Assembly: GCA_036336795.1 (NCBI GenBank)
Contig: JAYZFL010000011.1
Span: 6,209-70,208 of the forward strand
Direction: 5' to 3'
Length of the DNA stretch: 64,000 nt
From: Gemmatimonadota bacterium
GTDB lineage: Bacteria; Gemmatimonadota; Gemmatimonadetes; Longimicrobiales; Gaopeijiaceae
A program made the position numbers and the translations under genes. The notes under the pieces are model-generated. The model was given only the letters and a program-made list of their open reading frames with translations, was not told the DNA's origin and did no database searches. Of this stretch, positions 17,695 to 26,855 are shown piece by piece; position 1 is the first letter of the stretch; every line of letters starts with the position of its first letter.

Positions 17695-17907
17695 GGTTCC
17701 ACACCCAAGCTACGTTTGCTACATTCACGATGCCTAACTAAAAGGTGTCGGTCAACGGGGCTTGGCACCGAGCTTGCCATGAAGCTGTCGCCTGCTTCGA
17801 CAATCCAAACAAACTCTCCGGGACGCCCCTCAAGAACAGCTGGGCAAGCCTGGTTTGTAGAGATACGGACCCATCAATCATCGGGAGAGCTTATCCAGGA
17901 TGGCACG

Positions 17908-19164
17908 TTATTCTCCGGCGGCCATCGAGTCCATGAACTCCTGGTTCGACTCGGTCCGATTCATACGCTCCAGAAGGAACTCGATGGCTTCCGTGGGCGG
18001 CATATCGGCGAGAAAATTTCGGAGCAAATAGACACGATTCAGTTCGTTTGCGGAAAGGAGGAGTTCTTCCTTACGTGTGCCCGATCGGTTGATGTCAATC
18101 GCCGGGAACGTCCGTCTGTCGGATATGTGTCGATCCAGAAGCAACTCCATATTTCCAGTTCCTTTAAACTCTTCAAAAATAACTTCATCCATTCGACTGC
18201 CGGTGTCGACTAGAGCCGTAGCGATGATCGTAAGCGACCCACCGTCTTCGATGTTTCTGGCGGCTCCAAAGAAGCGTTTGGGCTTGTGAAGGGCGTTGGC
18301 GTCCACTCCACCTGAGAGGATCTTTCCCGAATGTGGCATGGTGACATTGTATGCTCTGGCGAGTCGCGTAATCGAATCGAGAAGGATTACGACGTCTTCT
18401 CCATGCTCGACTAGGCGCTTCGCTTTCTCAAGGACCATTTCGGCCACTTGGGCGTGACGGTCTGCGGGCTCGTCAAATGTAGAGGAGATCACCTCACCGG
18501 TGACGTGTTCCTCCATATCTGTCACCTCCTCCGGACGCTCGTCGATTAAGAGCACGATGAGACGTACCTCCGGATGATTCGTACTGAAAGAATTGGCGAT
18601 TTTCTGAAGCAGCATGGTCTTTCCGGCTTTCGGAGGTGACACGATCAATCCACGCTGTCCTCTCCCGACTGGAGCGACCAAGTCCATGACCCTCATGGAC
18701 AGATCGGCGTCGCCGGCCACTTCGAGTGCCATACGATCTTCGGGATAACGGGGTCGAAGAGTGTCGAAGGACACCCGCTGCTTAGCTTTGTCGGGGTCAT
18801 CTTCGTTGATACTCTCTACCCTGAGGAGGGCGAGGTATCGTTCACCGTCTTTGGGTGGGCGTACTTGGCCTAACACCGTGTCCCCAGTCCTCAGGTCGAA
18901 CCGTTTAATCTGAGAGGGACTGACATAAATGTCATCGGGCCCATACAAGTAATTCCAGTCTTGTAAGCGCAAGAAACCATACCCCTCGGACAGAATTTCG
19001 AGAACCCCTTCACTGCGCAGAACCACTTCGTTGTCCAACAGGCTTTGCTCAATCCGAAAAATCAGGTCTTGCTTACGAAGGCCTGAATAGTTGAAGATCT
19101 TGAGTTCCTCCGCCAAGTCGTGGAGTTCTCCGACACCCTTGCCCCTCAACTGCGCGATATCCAC
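17908..19164 (-). CDS. rho: transcription termination factor Rho
   Basis: Rho N-terminal [22 protein letters not shown], Walker [13 protein letters not shown], and the C-terminal [30 protein letters not shown] are all present. Start set at GTG 19164 (GGAGG 4 nt upstream), giving 418 aa. The 65-codon extension in the track has no Rho homology. Confidence 0.9.
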   Translation of the reverse strand: MDIAQLRGKGVGELHDLAEELKIFNYSGLRKQDLIFRIEQSLLDNEVVLRSEGVLEILSEGYGFLRLQDWNYLYGPDDIYVSPSQIKRFDLRTGDTVLGQVRPPKDGERYLALLRVESINEDDPDKAKQRVSFDTLRPRYPEDRMALEVAGDADLSMRVMDLVAPVGRGQRGLIVSPPKAGKTMLLQKIANSFSTNHPEVRLIVLLIDERPEEVTDMEEHVTGEVISSTFDEPADRHAQVAEMVLEKAKRLVEHGEDVVILLDSITRLARAYNVTMPHSGKILSGGVDANALHKPKRFFGAARNIEDGGSLTIIATALVDTGSRMDEVIFEEFKGTGNMELLLDRHISDRRTFPAIDINRSGTRKEELLLSANELNRVYLLRNFLADMPPTEAIEFLLERMNRTESNQEFMDSMAAGE

Positions 19165-20112
19165 TTCTCCTCCGGCTCTAACGATCAGATGGCTTAAGGG
19201 ACAAAACGACGGGATCTGGGTTCTGTGGTTTACGGGGAGTGATGCGAAAGAAAAGGCTGACAACGTACTGGGGGCTCCGCGCCCGCTCGACACGGAGGAA
19301 ACATGTGGGATTCCTGAGTAGATTAACTCGATTCTAATTGGCGCAAGGGAGAGGGTCAAGAGGCCCCTCGGCTTCTGGACGACCTTTCTGAGCCTCTATT
19401 CCATAGATGTCGTGGGTGACAGCGACTTCGTCTGCGGCTTGATCATGATCATATTCTTGCCAGCTTTAGCCCCCATTGTCCTGCCTTCTCTGAAGACCTG
19501 CCATTACCACCTTGAGGACCCGCTGATAGGGCCTTGAAAAAAGGCTTTTACGAAATTTCTCTCCACAATGAGATTGACAATCCAATCCCACAGAACCGAC
19601 ATTCGTCTCCCTTTCGTTTTTCGCAATTTTCCGGAGGGGCAATGGGCCAGCACAACCGGGAGGGTAGGGGTACCGATCAGCAGGGTTTTGATTATAAGAT
19701 TAGCTATCAACCTAGTTGGCTCAAGTTTGTCAAAGTTACGCGAGACCTTGACAGCGGGCGGCAATCTACGAAGATGCTCTTCCGTAACCCGATGAACAAA
19801 AAGAAGGGTACGTCTAGCGGGCGGACAAGAACACGAATCGTGTCCCCAAGCCAAGAGTTGGACTTGGAAGTTTCGGTCTTGGACCGAAAGAATTTTGTAG
19901 AGCGCGTGGAGGTGACCTGTGTCGTCCCCACGACGGATGGCCGAGCCGAACGAGTGGTCTATACCCTAGAAGACGGGCTTCTTTCTTCCCCCACGCGTCG
20001 GTGAGACGTAAGCACCCCAAGGTGGGGGCCACGGGCCCCACTCTCTAACTTGGCAGCTCTTGCTGGGGCTAACATCTTTTCCTTGAAAATTGCCGATTGA
20101 ACCCAAGAAAGC

Positions 20113-20604
20113 ATGCCCGCCTTTCGATTTTCTCATACGAGGCCCGTAGCGGTTCCCGAGTCTGACGCCAGAGTCGAGCGGAGTTCAGGTGGTGTCGTAG
20201 CTCGACGAATGGAGGGCTCGATTCATTTCCTCGTGATCCGTGATCCCTACGGAATTTGGGCGCTGCCGAAAGGTCATATTGAGGACGGTGAAACCACGGA
20301 GGAAGCGGCACTCCGTGAAGTTCATGAAGAGACTGGCCTAAAACGGATTGAGCTTGGTCCCTGGCTCGGCACTATCGATTGGTGCTTCGAGCAGAAGGGC
20401 GAACTTGTGCATAAACACTGCGATTACTTCTTGATGGTCTCCCCTGAGGGTGACATTACTCCACAGATTACAGAAGGGATCACGGAATGCAGGTGGCTTA
20501 CGGTCGAGGAAGCCATTGCCATCGTCGGGTACAACAATACCCGCCGGATCGTGCAGCTAGCGGAGAAGCTCTTGCGATCAACTGACGGGACTAAACTGTT
20601 GTGA
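20113..20604 (+). CDS. NUDIX hydrolase
   Basis: Nudix box GHIEDGETTEEAALREVHEETGL (GX5EX7REUXEEXGU). Confidence 0.85.
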   Translation: MPAFRFSHTRPVAVPESDARVERSSGGVVARRMEGSIHFLVIRDPYGIWALPKGHIEDGETTEEAALREVHEETGLKRIELGPWLGTIDWCFEQKGELVHKHCDYFLMVSPEGDITPQITEGITECRWLTVEEAIAIVGYNNTRRIVQLAEKLLRSTDGTKLL

Positions 20605-20873
20605 CGACGGGAGATCTCTTGATGAGACGAATGCTACAGGTGGTGGTGGCACTCGGAGTCCTTGACCTGTTTCTGGGGAGCGTGCAAAGCTTTATGCATC
20701 CGTTTGGAGGTCTCTCAATGGAGCGTTATTCTTTCTAGCTGATTCGAAAGTCGTTGCTTGGCACATCGTCACCCGCACTATTGATCATCTCTATGGTGGT
20801 GACCCGAGGGCTTCTGAAAGGGTTGGGTGCGTGGAGTTTGTTACATACAAATCAGAGTTGAGAACCATTCGAA

Positions 20874-21875
20874 ATGTCTAAGCGGCAACGAGAAGAAACG
20901 GTCATCATTGGATCGGGACCCGCCGCATGGACAGCGGCCATCTATGCTGCCCGAGCCAATCTCCAGCCACTTGTCGTGGAGGGCGCAGGAAGCCGTACGA
21001 TGATTCCGGGTGGACAACTCATGTTTACCACGGATGTAGAAAATTATCCAGGTTTTCCTGCGGGCATCACAGGGCAGGAGATGATGGCAGCGTTCAAGGC
21101 GCAGGCACTCCGATTTGATACGAGAGTGCTCACCGAGGATGTCGTCGAGGTGGACTTGTCCCTGCGGCCACTCTTGATGAGAACAAGTAGTGGTACAGAG
21201 ATCGAAAGTGACACGGTCATCATTGCAACGGGGGCGAATGCGAACTGGATAGGGCTCCCCAACGAACAGCGCTTAGCCCAGAGTGGTGGTGGGGTATCCG
21301 CGTGTGCCGTCTGTGACGGAGCCTTGCCTCACTTTCGGGACCAGGTGGTGGCGGTCGTAGGGGGTGGGGACAGCGCCATGGAGGATGCTTTATACATGGC
21401 TAAGTTTGCAGGTGAAGTTGTCGTGATCCACCGTCGGGACGAGTTACGGGCGTCGAAGATCATGCAGGAGCGTGCTTTCAAAGAGGAGAAGGTCCGCTTC
21501 GAGTGGAATCAGCTCGTGACCGACGTCCGAGGCGACGACGTGATTACAGGAGTGATGCTTCGTGACACGATCTCCGGGGAGGAGAGGGAATTGGAAGTTG
21601 GGGGACTTTTCGTCGCGATCGGGCACTCCCCCAACGTCGATTTTCTGAAGGGACAGGTCGCCCTGAAGCCGAATGGTTTCATCGAAACGCCCACTGCGTG
21701 GCGCACGGCCACCTCCGTTCCCGGCGTGTTCGCTGCAGGAGACGTCATAGACGACCACTATAAGCAGGCGATAACGGCCGCTGGCACTGGCTGCATGGCT
21801 GCGCTCGAAGCCGAGCGGTGGATCGCTCACGGTGGTGTGGAGAGCCTAGTCTTAGTACCTGGAGTGGAGGGCTAG
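20874..21875 (+). CDS. trxB: thioredoxin-disulfide reductase
   Basis: IIGSGPAAWTAAIYAAR FAD motif, redox-active CAVCDG and VVGGGDSAMEDA NADPH motif. 333 aa. Confidence 0.9.
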   Translation: MSKRQREETVIIGSGPAAWTAAIYAARANLQPLVVEGAGSRTMIPGGQLMFTTDVENYPGFPAGITGQEMMAAFKAQALRFDTRVLTEDVVEVDLSLRPLLMRTSSGTEIESDTVIIATGANANWIGLPNEQRLAQSGGGVSACAVCDGALPHFRDQVVAVVGGGDSAMEDALYMAKFAGEVVVIHRRDELRASKIMQERAFKEEKVRFEWNQLVTDVRGDDVITGVMLRDTISGEERELEVGGLFVAIGHSPNVDFLKGQVALKPNGFIETPTAWRTATSVPGVFAAGDVIDDHYKQAITAAGTGCMAALEAERWIAHGGVESLVLVPGVEG

Positions 21876-22615
21876 GAATTTCGGTGGGATAACCCTCCGG
21901 GCACACTTGCTCCGCCATCTACGATGACTGTCTGACCGGTCATATATGGGGATTGTACGAGGAAAAGAACCGTGTGCACTACGTCCTCGACCGTTCCCAT
22001 GCGCTTGAGAAGAGTCGCTTTAATCTCACTACCAAGTCGGGATTTTCCCATTCCTTCCGGCGCTAAGACCAGACCAGGTGCTACCGCATTCACGCGAACC
22101 TTGGGCGCCAGAGCCATTGCTTGGATCCGCGTTAGATGCATAAGTGCGGCTTTGGCGACCGAGTGATGGGCGTAGTGCACAAGAGGTTGTAGCCCCATGT
22201 AATCGGCTATGTTCACAACGCAACCGGAAGATTCCTTCAGGAGTGGGGCGAATTCTCGAACGGTCAGGTGGGATGCCTTTAAGTTCGAGTCTAAGACGTA
22301 GTCCCATTCTTCGGAATCAATATCCAACAAGGACGTGGAAAAGAAACTCGAAGCGTTGTTCACCAGAACGTCGAGGCGACCGAACCGCTTCTTAACGGAT
22401 TGACTAATCTTCTCGATCGCTTCTTGTGTGGAGATGTCACCATGTGCCAGAAGGACCTCGCGGCCTTGTTCGGTGAGCGTGGCCTCTAGGTCCCTGGCGG
22501 CTTTCTCTGAGGTGTGGTAATTCACGACCACGTCGTACCCGCACTTGGCTAAGCCGATTGTGATAGCACGACCAATGCGTACGGCGCCGCCAGTGACAAG
22601 GGCAATGGGTGACAT
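21872..22615 (-). CDS. short-chain dehydrogenase/reductase, pteridine reductase (PTR1/FolM)-like
   Basis: Start at ATG 22615 (MSPIALVTGGAVRIGRAITIGLAKCGYDVVVNYHTSEKAA). The GGxxRIG + NYH/HYH-S pattern is characteristic of pteridine/dihydromonapterin reductases. The YxxxK is in YAHHSVAKAA. Confidence 0.65.
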   Translation of the reverse strand: MSPIALVTGGAVRIGRAITIGLAKCGYDVVVNYHTSEKAARDLEATLTEQGREVLLAHGDISTQEAIEKISQSVKKRFGRLDVLVNNASSFFSTSLLDIDSEEWDYVLDSNLKASHLTVREFAPLLKESSGCVVNIADYMGLQPLVHYAHHSVAKAALMHLTRIQAMALAPKVRVNAVAPGLVLAPEGMGKSRLGSEIKATLLKRMGTVEDVVHTVLFLVQSPYMTGQTVIVDGGASVPGGLSHRNS

Positions 22616-22683
22616 GCGCCGGAAGCTACGAATCACCGCCGCTGTAGCAAGACGGACATTACTTGTGAGACGGAGATGGGAAG

Positions 22684-23400
22684 ATGGACTTACAAGGCAG
22701 AGCATGCATTGTTACGGGAAGTACTAGAGGTATAGGATTTGCGGTGGCCGACAGCTTGGTACGGGCTGGAGCTCATGTTGTGGTCAACTCTCGGAGTGCG
22801 CCGGACGTCGAAAGAGTTTCCGAGGAATTGAATTCTTTGAATGAAGGGCGTGTTACAGGGATCGCGGCGGACGTAAGCAAGGCTGAAGACTGCGTCAGAT
22901 TAGTCGAATCATCAGTTGGTGAACTCGGCCGACTAGACGTTCTGGTAAACAACGCCGGGGTGGGGATCTTTGCGTCCATCGAAGATCTTTCTGTTGACGA
23001 ATGGCAGACGCAGCTGGATACCAATCTTCTCGGAGTGTTCGCATGTTCAAAGGCGGGTGCTCCTCATCTGAAGGCCACGAAGGGATGGATTATCAACGTT
23101 GGTTCGCTTGCTTGTCGTAATCCCTTTGCAGGTGGCACAGGTTACAATGCTAGCAAGTTTGGGCTTCTGGGGATGACCGAGGCCATGATGCTGGATCTTC
23201 GGCAATCTGGAATCCGTGTGAGTATAATCATGCCGGGCAGTGTAAACACTTACTTTGCAGGACAAGAGATGGTTTCCGATCGTGCGTGGGCACTCGGGCC
23301 AGGAGATGTAGCGTCAGCGACTCTTCATCTTCTGACTTATCGCGACGACGCTCACGTCAGCCGGGTGGAGATGCGACCGAGCCGCCCGCCCGCTCGTTAG
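22684..23400 (+). CDS. short-chain dehydrogenase/reductase
   Basis: TGSTRGIGFAVA (TGxxxGIG), NNAG and YNASK catalytic motifs. Divergent from the SDR at 21872-22615, with a 68-bp shared promoter region. Confidence 0.8.
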   Translation: MDLQGRACIVTGSTRGIGFAVADSLVRAGAHVVVNSRSAPDVERVSEELNSLNEGRVTGIAADVSKAEDCVRLVESSVGELGRLDVLVNNAGVGIFASIEDLSVDEWQTQLDTNLLGVFACSKAGAPHLKATKGWIINVGSLACRNPFAGGTGYNASKFGLLGMTEAMMLDLRQSGIRVSIIMPGSVNTYFAGQEMVSDRAWALGPGDVASATLHLLTYRDDAHVSRVEMRPSRPPAR

Positions 23401-23490
23401 TGAGTACATATACAGATCCGAAAGGAGTCGGGTCGAGACTTCTTGGGCATTTGAACTTAGGGGTATTGAGAACACAACCATGAGGTGGGC

Positions 23491-24885
23491 ATGACAGATG
23501 GTTACCGTGTAGAGAGGGATTCCCTCGGCGAAGTTCAGGTTCCCGACGACGCTCTTTATGGTGCTCAGACCCAACGAGCCGTCGAGAATTTTCCGATCAG
23601 TGGTCAGCGCTTCGGGCGAGGCTTTATCCGGGCCCTTGCCCTAATCAAGAAGGTTGCGGCTCGCACGAATAAGGAGCTGAGCAATCTGGAAGCGGATATC
23701 GCTGATGCAGTCGTGGAAGCGGCCGGAGAAGTTGCGGAGGGCAAGTGGGACGATGAGTTCGTACTGGACATCTATCAAACCGGCTCAGGAACGTCCACTA
23801 ATATGAATGCCAACGAAGTGATGGCGAGACGGGCAAGTCAGATTCTCGGGAAGGATGGTGGCGTCCATCCTAATGACCACGTCAACTTCGGCCAGTCGTC
23901 GAACGATGTAATCCCGTCGGCGATCCACGTTTCGGCGAGAGTGGCTTTGGAGAGGGATCTTCTTCCGGCCCTCATACATCTCAGGAATGCTTTGTCGGCG
24001 AAGGCGGTAGCGTTCGACCATATTGTCAAGTCTGGGCGAACTCACCTGATGGATGCCACCCCTGTTCGACTCGGACAACAATTCGGGGGGTACTCCCAGC
24101 AGCTCACAAAAGGTATAGATCGGGTGAGTCGAGCCTCGAAGGAACTCATTGAGCTAGCATTGGGTGGAACGGCCGTAGGCACGGGAATCAACACACACCC
24201 CGAGTTTGCCGCTCGCGCTATCGCATTCTTGTCTGAAGAGCTTGAGTTGGAGTTTCGGGAGGCGGAAGATCACTTCGAGGCCCAGGCGGCGAAGGACGGG
24301 GTCGTAAGCACCGCTGGTGCTTTAAATACAATTGCCACGAGCTTCTTCAAGATCGCAGATGACGTGCGGTGGTTGGCGAGCGGACCCACGTCAGGGCTCC
24401 ACGAAATCCGGATTCCAGCTATTCAACCTGGTAGCTCGATCATGCCCGGAAAGGTGAATCCGGTGATGTCGGAAGCGATGATGATGGTGGCAGCACGCGT
24501 GATGGGAAACCACACGACGGTGACGATCGCCGGTCAGCGTGGAAACTTCGAGTTGAATGTAATGATGCCGGTGATGGCTCACGCGCTGCTGGAGTCGATC
24601 ACCCTCCTTGCAAACATGGCAAGGACCTTCGCCGACCGGTGTGTTTTGGGCATTGAGGCTAATGAAGAGCGAGCTAAGGAGTTGTTGGAGAAAAACCCAG
24701 CCATCGCAACTGCTTTGAATCCCTACATCGGGTACGACGAGGCTGCGAATGTGGCCAAAGAGGCTGCACAGAAGGGGTTATCGGTTCGGGACATCGTGGA
24801 GAGGAGAGGTCTATTGCCGTCGGCGGAGGTGGATACTGCTCTCGATGTGCGAAATATGACTAAACCCGGCTTACCGGACACGTAG
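23491..24885 (+). CDS. fumC: class II fumarate hydratase
   Basis: GSSIMPGKVNP signature, QSSNDVIPSA and the N-terminal RVERDSLGEVQVPDDALYGAQTQRA. About 464 aa. Confidence 0.9.
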   Translation: MTDGYRVERDSLGEVQVPDDALYGAQTQRAVENFPISGQRFGRGFIRALALIKKVAARTNKELSNLEADIADAVVEAAGEVAEGKWDDEFVLDIYQTGSGTSTNMNANEVMARRASQILGKDGGVHPNDHVNFGQSSNDVIPSAIHVSARVALERDLLPALIHLRNALSAKAVAFDHIVKSGRTHLMDATPVRLGQQFGGYSQQLTKGIDRVSRASKELIELALGGTAVGTGINTHPEFAARAIAFLSEELELEFREAEDHFEAQAAKDGVVSTAGALNTIATSFFKIADDVRWLASGPTSGLHEIRIPAIQPGSSIMPGKVNPVMSEAMMMVAARVMGNHTTVTIAGQRGNFELNVMMPVMAHALLESITLLANMARTFADRCVLGIEANEERAKELLEKNPAIATALNPYIGYDEAANVAKEAAQKGLSVRDIVERRGLLPSAEVDTALDVRNMTKPGLPDT

Positions 24886-24982
24886 TCCAAAGACGACCTG
24901 TCACCCAACGCGTCGGAGCCCTAGGGTGAGCGGGTAGACCTTTCCTGACCAAAGCGGATAAAAAAATGCCCAAGGGTATAAA

Positions 24983-25891
24983 TTGGTGAAAGTCACTGGG
25001 TCCCGTTCCGACGGCCACAGCCCGGGCTTTACGACTGGAGATGAACTCGGTGCTCATGTTTCGGCTTCGGGTGGTGTAGATCGAGCCCCCGAGCGGGCTA
25101 AGGCGATCGAGTCGGTGGTTCTACAGCTCTTCACGAAGCAACCGAGCCGGTGGGCTGAACCGGTCATCGCTTCGGATATTTGTGAGTCTTTTCGAAGGGA
25201 ACGCGGTGACGCCGAGATCGAAACCACGGTAGCCCACGACTCCTATCTCATCAACTTGTCCTCTCCTGATACGGCCTTGTGGGAAAGATCGGTCTCCTGC
25301 TTTATCGGTGAATTACAGCGCTCGACTGAGATCGGCCTTGATTTCGTAGTGACCCATCCGGGAAACGCGACGGATGGAGATCTGGCAAGTGGGATCGCCC
25401 GTAATGCTGACGGTGTGCAGCGTGCCCTTGAACTTGTGGAAGAGGGACCGGGCGTGCTCTTGGAGCTCACGGCGGGCTCGGGCACTTCCGTTGGGGGAAG
25501 CTTCGAAAACCTTCGCGCGATCATTGATCGAGTAACTCCGAATGTTCGCTCACGTTTGGGAATCTGCTTCGATACCTGCCATGCCTATGCCACAGGTTAC
25601 GATCTAGTGGAGGACTTCTACGGTGTTTTCCGAGCGTTTGACGATACGCTGGAATTGGAACAATTACGCCTCTTTCACCTGAATGATTCAAAGGGAGGCT
25701 TGGGATCCAAACGTGACCGCCATGCCCACATCGGAGAGGGTACTCTCGGCGAAGGTCCTTTCCGCAAGATCATGAACGATGAGCGCTTCATCGAGATCCC
25801 GAAGATTCTTGAGACACCTAAGGACGACGATTCAGTGAGGGCGGACCTCCGCAATTTGGGGCTCCTCAGGTCTTTTCGTACTGGAGGTTAA
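24983..25891 (+). CDS. nfo: deoxyribonuclease IV (endonuclease IV)
   Basis: GAHVSASGG, VTHPG, ICFDTCHAYA and FHLNDSK...DRHAHIGEG motifs of the Nfo/AP endonuclease 2 family. The start (TTG 24983 or GTG 24986) is uncertain. Confidence 0.85.
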   Translation: MVKVTGSRSDGHSPGFTTGDELGAHVSASGGVDRAPERAKAIESVVLQLFTKQPSRWAEPVIASDICESFRRERGDAEIETTVAHDSYLINLSSPDTALWERSVSCFIGELQRSTEIGLDFVVTHPGNATDGDLASGIARNADGVQRALELVEEGPGVLLELTAGSGTSVGGSFENLRAIIDRVTPNVRSRLGICFDTCHAYATGYDLVEDFYGVFRAFDDTLELEQLRLFHLNDSKGGLGSKRDRHAHIGEGTLGEGPFRKIMNDERFIEIPKILETPKDDDSVRADLRNLGLLRSFRTGG

Positions 25892-26165
25892 CCCGTGCAG
25901 TTTGCCTGACTTACTTGGGAAGCTTGTGTAACTCACGAGATATCTTGACCTGTAGCTACTGGCTTTCTTGGGAGTGGACAGGTGAGGAGAACGCCGCCTA
26001 TATTGGATGTCAGCGTGCTGGAGGGTTCATCTATTGAGCCAACACAAGTGAAGCTGGGATCGACTCTTCCGGTCAACGTCAGGCCCCGTGAGGGGAAGAC
26101 GAACCCCGGAAGGTGGTCAACCAAAAGTGTCCCTGGGCTTCAATAATTCCCCTCTTGTGCGCTTT

Positions 26166-26210
26166 GAGAGGCCGAGACCCCACGTGGTTTCGGCCTCTCT
26201 AGCTTTTGTG
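26166..26210 (+). terminator. possible intrinsic terminator / stable hairpin in the nfo 3' region
   Basis: A perfect 10-bp inverted repeat pairs GAGAGGCCGA (26166-26175) with TCGGCCTCTC (26190-26199). The loop contains the palindrome CCACGTGG. The hairpin is followed by TAGCTTTTGTG. The U-tract is short, and the element lies about 275 nt after the nfo stop. Confidence 0.45.
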
Positions 26211-26402
26211 AAGGCTTAGTGAACGTTTCAAATGGAAAGTCGCGGGGCCGGGTTGACTAATTCGACAGTGAAGAGAAGGGGAGGCCCTTCTGATCACATG
26301 CCTATCTTCACTAGTCCGAGGATCCTGATCTGTTAGCAAGGGGTAGAGCATTCCTTGAATGCTATGTCCAGTGGACGACCGAACTATCAAGGGGAGTCGA
26401 TT

Positions 26403-26843
26403 GTGCAGGTACTTCGTTGGACGATGGCAGTAGCTTTGGGGGGATCGGTGCTTGTCGCTTGTGGGGGAGACAGCCCCACAGACACGGGCGGTAACATCGG
26501 TGGCGGAAACACGCGTGAGATCCTTACGAGTCCGAAGTTCGGTGCTAATATCCAGGAAATTTTCAACCGTCGCGATTGTACGTCGTCGAACTGCCACGGT
26601 ACATCAGCTCAGGGGAGCTTGACCCTCACTGGTGGATCTTCCCATGCGGATCTCGTCAGTGTCGACGCCATTGGTGACCCTTCTAAGAAACGGGTCACTC
26701 CGAACGATGCCCAGAACAGCTACTTGGTGATGAAACTTGAAGGCCGTGCAGGCGACCGAATGCCACTGGGGTTGGGTACGCTAGACAACGTCGACATAAC
26801 GAACATCAGGAATTGGATCGACACTGGCGCCCCAAATAACTGA
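26403..26843 (+). CDS. lipoprotein with PSCyt1-like (planctomycete cytochrome c-like) domain carrying CX4CH instead of CXXCH
   Basis: Start set at GTG 26403 (GGGGAG 6 nt upstream), giving the signal MQVLRWTMAVALGGSVLVAC (lipobox). The domain pattern is CTSSNCHG..GSLTL....SYLVMKL...MPLG...NIRNWIDTGAP. Confidence 0.6.
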   Translation: MQVLRWTMAVALGGSVLVACGGDSPTDTGGNIGGGNTREILTSPKFGANIQEIFNRRDCTSSNCHGTSAQGSLTLTGGSSHADLVSVDAIGDPSKKRVTPNDAQNSYLVMKLEGRAGDRMPLGLGTLDNVDITNIRNWIDTGAPNN

Positions 26844-26855
26844 CGGACCAGCAAG

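Noticed and set aside
19165-19359. Longest-ORF N-terminal extensions in the track: rho to 19359, the CN-hydrolase to 4732, TldD from 4733, PmbA from 6390, tctA from 37483, the amidase to 41066, and the large secreted protein from 31025.
   Set aside because: The extensions overlap neighbouring genes or lack family homology. In each case an internal start with an SD and/or a proper signal peptide gives a protein of canonical length.
19530-19548. GCCTT-GAAAA-AAGGC-TTTT looks like a small plus-strand intrinsic terminator.
   Set aside because: The stem is only 5 bp, and no plus-strand gene lies upstream for it to terminate. It is retained only as an observation within the intergenic finding.
19534-20004. 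A 156-aa ORF in the rho/NUDIX intergenic region.
   Set aside because: No Shine-Dalgarno precedes any in-frame start. The predicted protein is low-complexity, Arg/Ser-rich and matches no family motif. An equally long antisense ORF (19504..19854) overlaps it. It is kept only as part of the non-coding-region finding.
20622-20738. A 38-codon hydrophobic ORF (MRRMLQVVVALGVLDLFLGSVQSF...) with GGGAG 8 nt upstream, lying between the NUDIX gene and trxB.
   Set aside because: It is too short to support without conservation or expression data. It could equally be chance within a promoter region.
26066-26112. The hairpin's 5' strand GUCAGGCCCC and GNRA tetraloop resemble the SRP (4.5S) RNA domain IV sequence GUCAGGUCC-GGAA-GGAAGCAGC. 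The same stretch read on the minus strand (GGGGTTCGTCTTCCCC) also looks superficially like a tRNA T-arm.
   Set aside because: The 3' strand reads GGGGAAGACGAAC and lacks the conserved AGCA of the symmetric loop. No asymmetric loop or flanking helix of 4.5S length could be built. The T-arm-like loop has 8 nt, and no acceptor, D or anticodon arms can be drawn around it.
26321-26345. CCTGATCTGTTAGCAAGGGG resembles the 3' half of a TPP riboswitch (CCTGATCTGGATAATGCCAGCG...).
   Set aside because: The obligatory CUGAGA element and the P1-P3 pairing partners are absent upstream, and the downstream genes have no link to thiamine.
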